From: Chiloscyllium plagiosum
Lineage: Eukaryota
Assembly (NCBI RefSeq): GCF_004010195.1
Contig: NC_057754.1
Span: forward strand, 12,808,878-12,828,877
Reading direction: 5' to 3'
Length of the DNA: 20,000 bases
Positions 19,716-20,000 of this stretch are shown one piece after another; within the stretch, counting starts at the first letter, position 1, and the number at the start of each line of letters is the position of its first letter. The translations under genes were made by a program, and so were the position numbers. A model generated the notes under the pieces. It was not told the origin of the DNA. It ran no database searches and saw only the letters and a list, made by a program, of their open reading frames with translations.

Positions 19716-20000
19716 AACATAGAACATAGAACATAGAACAATACAGCGCAGTACAGGCCCTTTGGCCCTCGATGTTGCGCCGATCCAAGCCCACCTAACC
19801 TATACTAACCCACTATCCTCCATATACCTATCCAATGCCCGCCTAAATGCCCATAAAGAGGGAGAGTCCACCACTGCTACAGGCAGGGCATTCCATGAAC
19901 TTACGACTCACTGAGTGAAGAACCTACCCCTAACTTCAGTCCCATATCTACCCCCCCTTAATTTAAAGCTATGCCCCCTCGTAATAGCTGACTCCATACG
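19716..20000 (-). mobile_element. Relatively young CR1 LINE 3' end, running off the right edge
   Basis: (aacatag)x3 tail, then aacaatacagcgcagtacaggccctttggccctcgatgttgcgccg. Homologous to 757-1050 and 12708-13000, with CpGs retained. Confidence 0.93.

Overview
This is eukaryotic, repeat-dense vertebrate DNA. It is very probably from a shark or other elasmobranch, judging by two HE1-type tRNA-derived SINEs and many CR1-clade LINEs with (TTCTATG)n tails; the species assignment is inference. Most of the window is decayed or nested transposable elements: at least 10 CR1/L2-superfamily LINE fragments, SINEs, Penelope-like fragments, three related Gypsy-type LTR copies (one followed by a PBS-like site and a dead gag), and a degenerate ~30-bp minisatellite at the left end. 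I recognise no intact host gene, rRNA, tRNA or CRISPR array. The ORFs in the track are TE remnants or noise. The most notable structure is a 1,261-bp solo LTR (16214-17474, TG...CA, 5-bp AGCAT target-site duplication, minus-strand polarity). Its U3 region holds a homogenised 103-bp tandem array with an internal 9-bp inverted repeat and TEAD-like motifs. It is one of four younger insertions stacked inside one old plus-strand CR1. Two non-repetitive islands (about 9050-9370 and 17715-18145) may hold host regulatory or exonic sequence. I see no evidence of a wholly new biological system beyond a possibly uncatalogued LTR family. Family names come from remembered consensus motifs, not from a database search.
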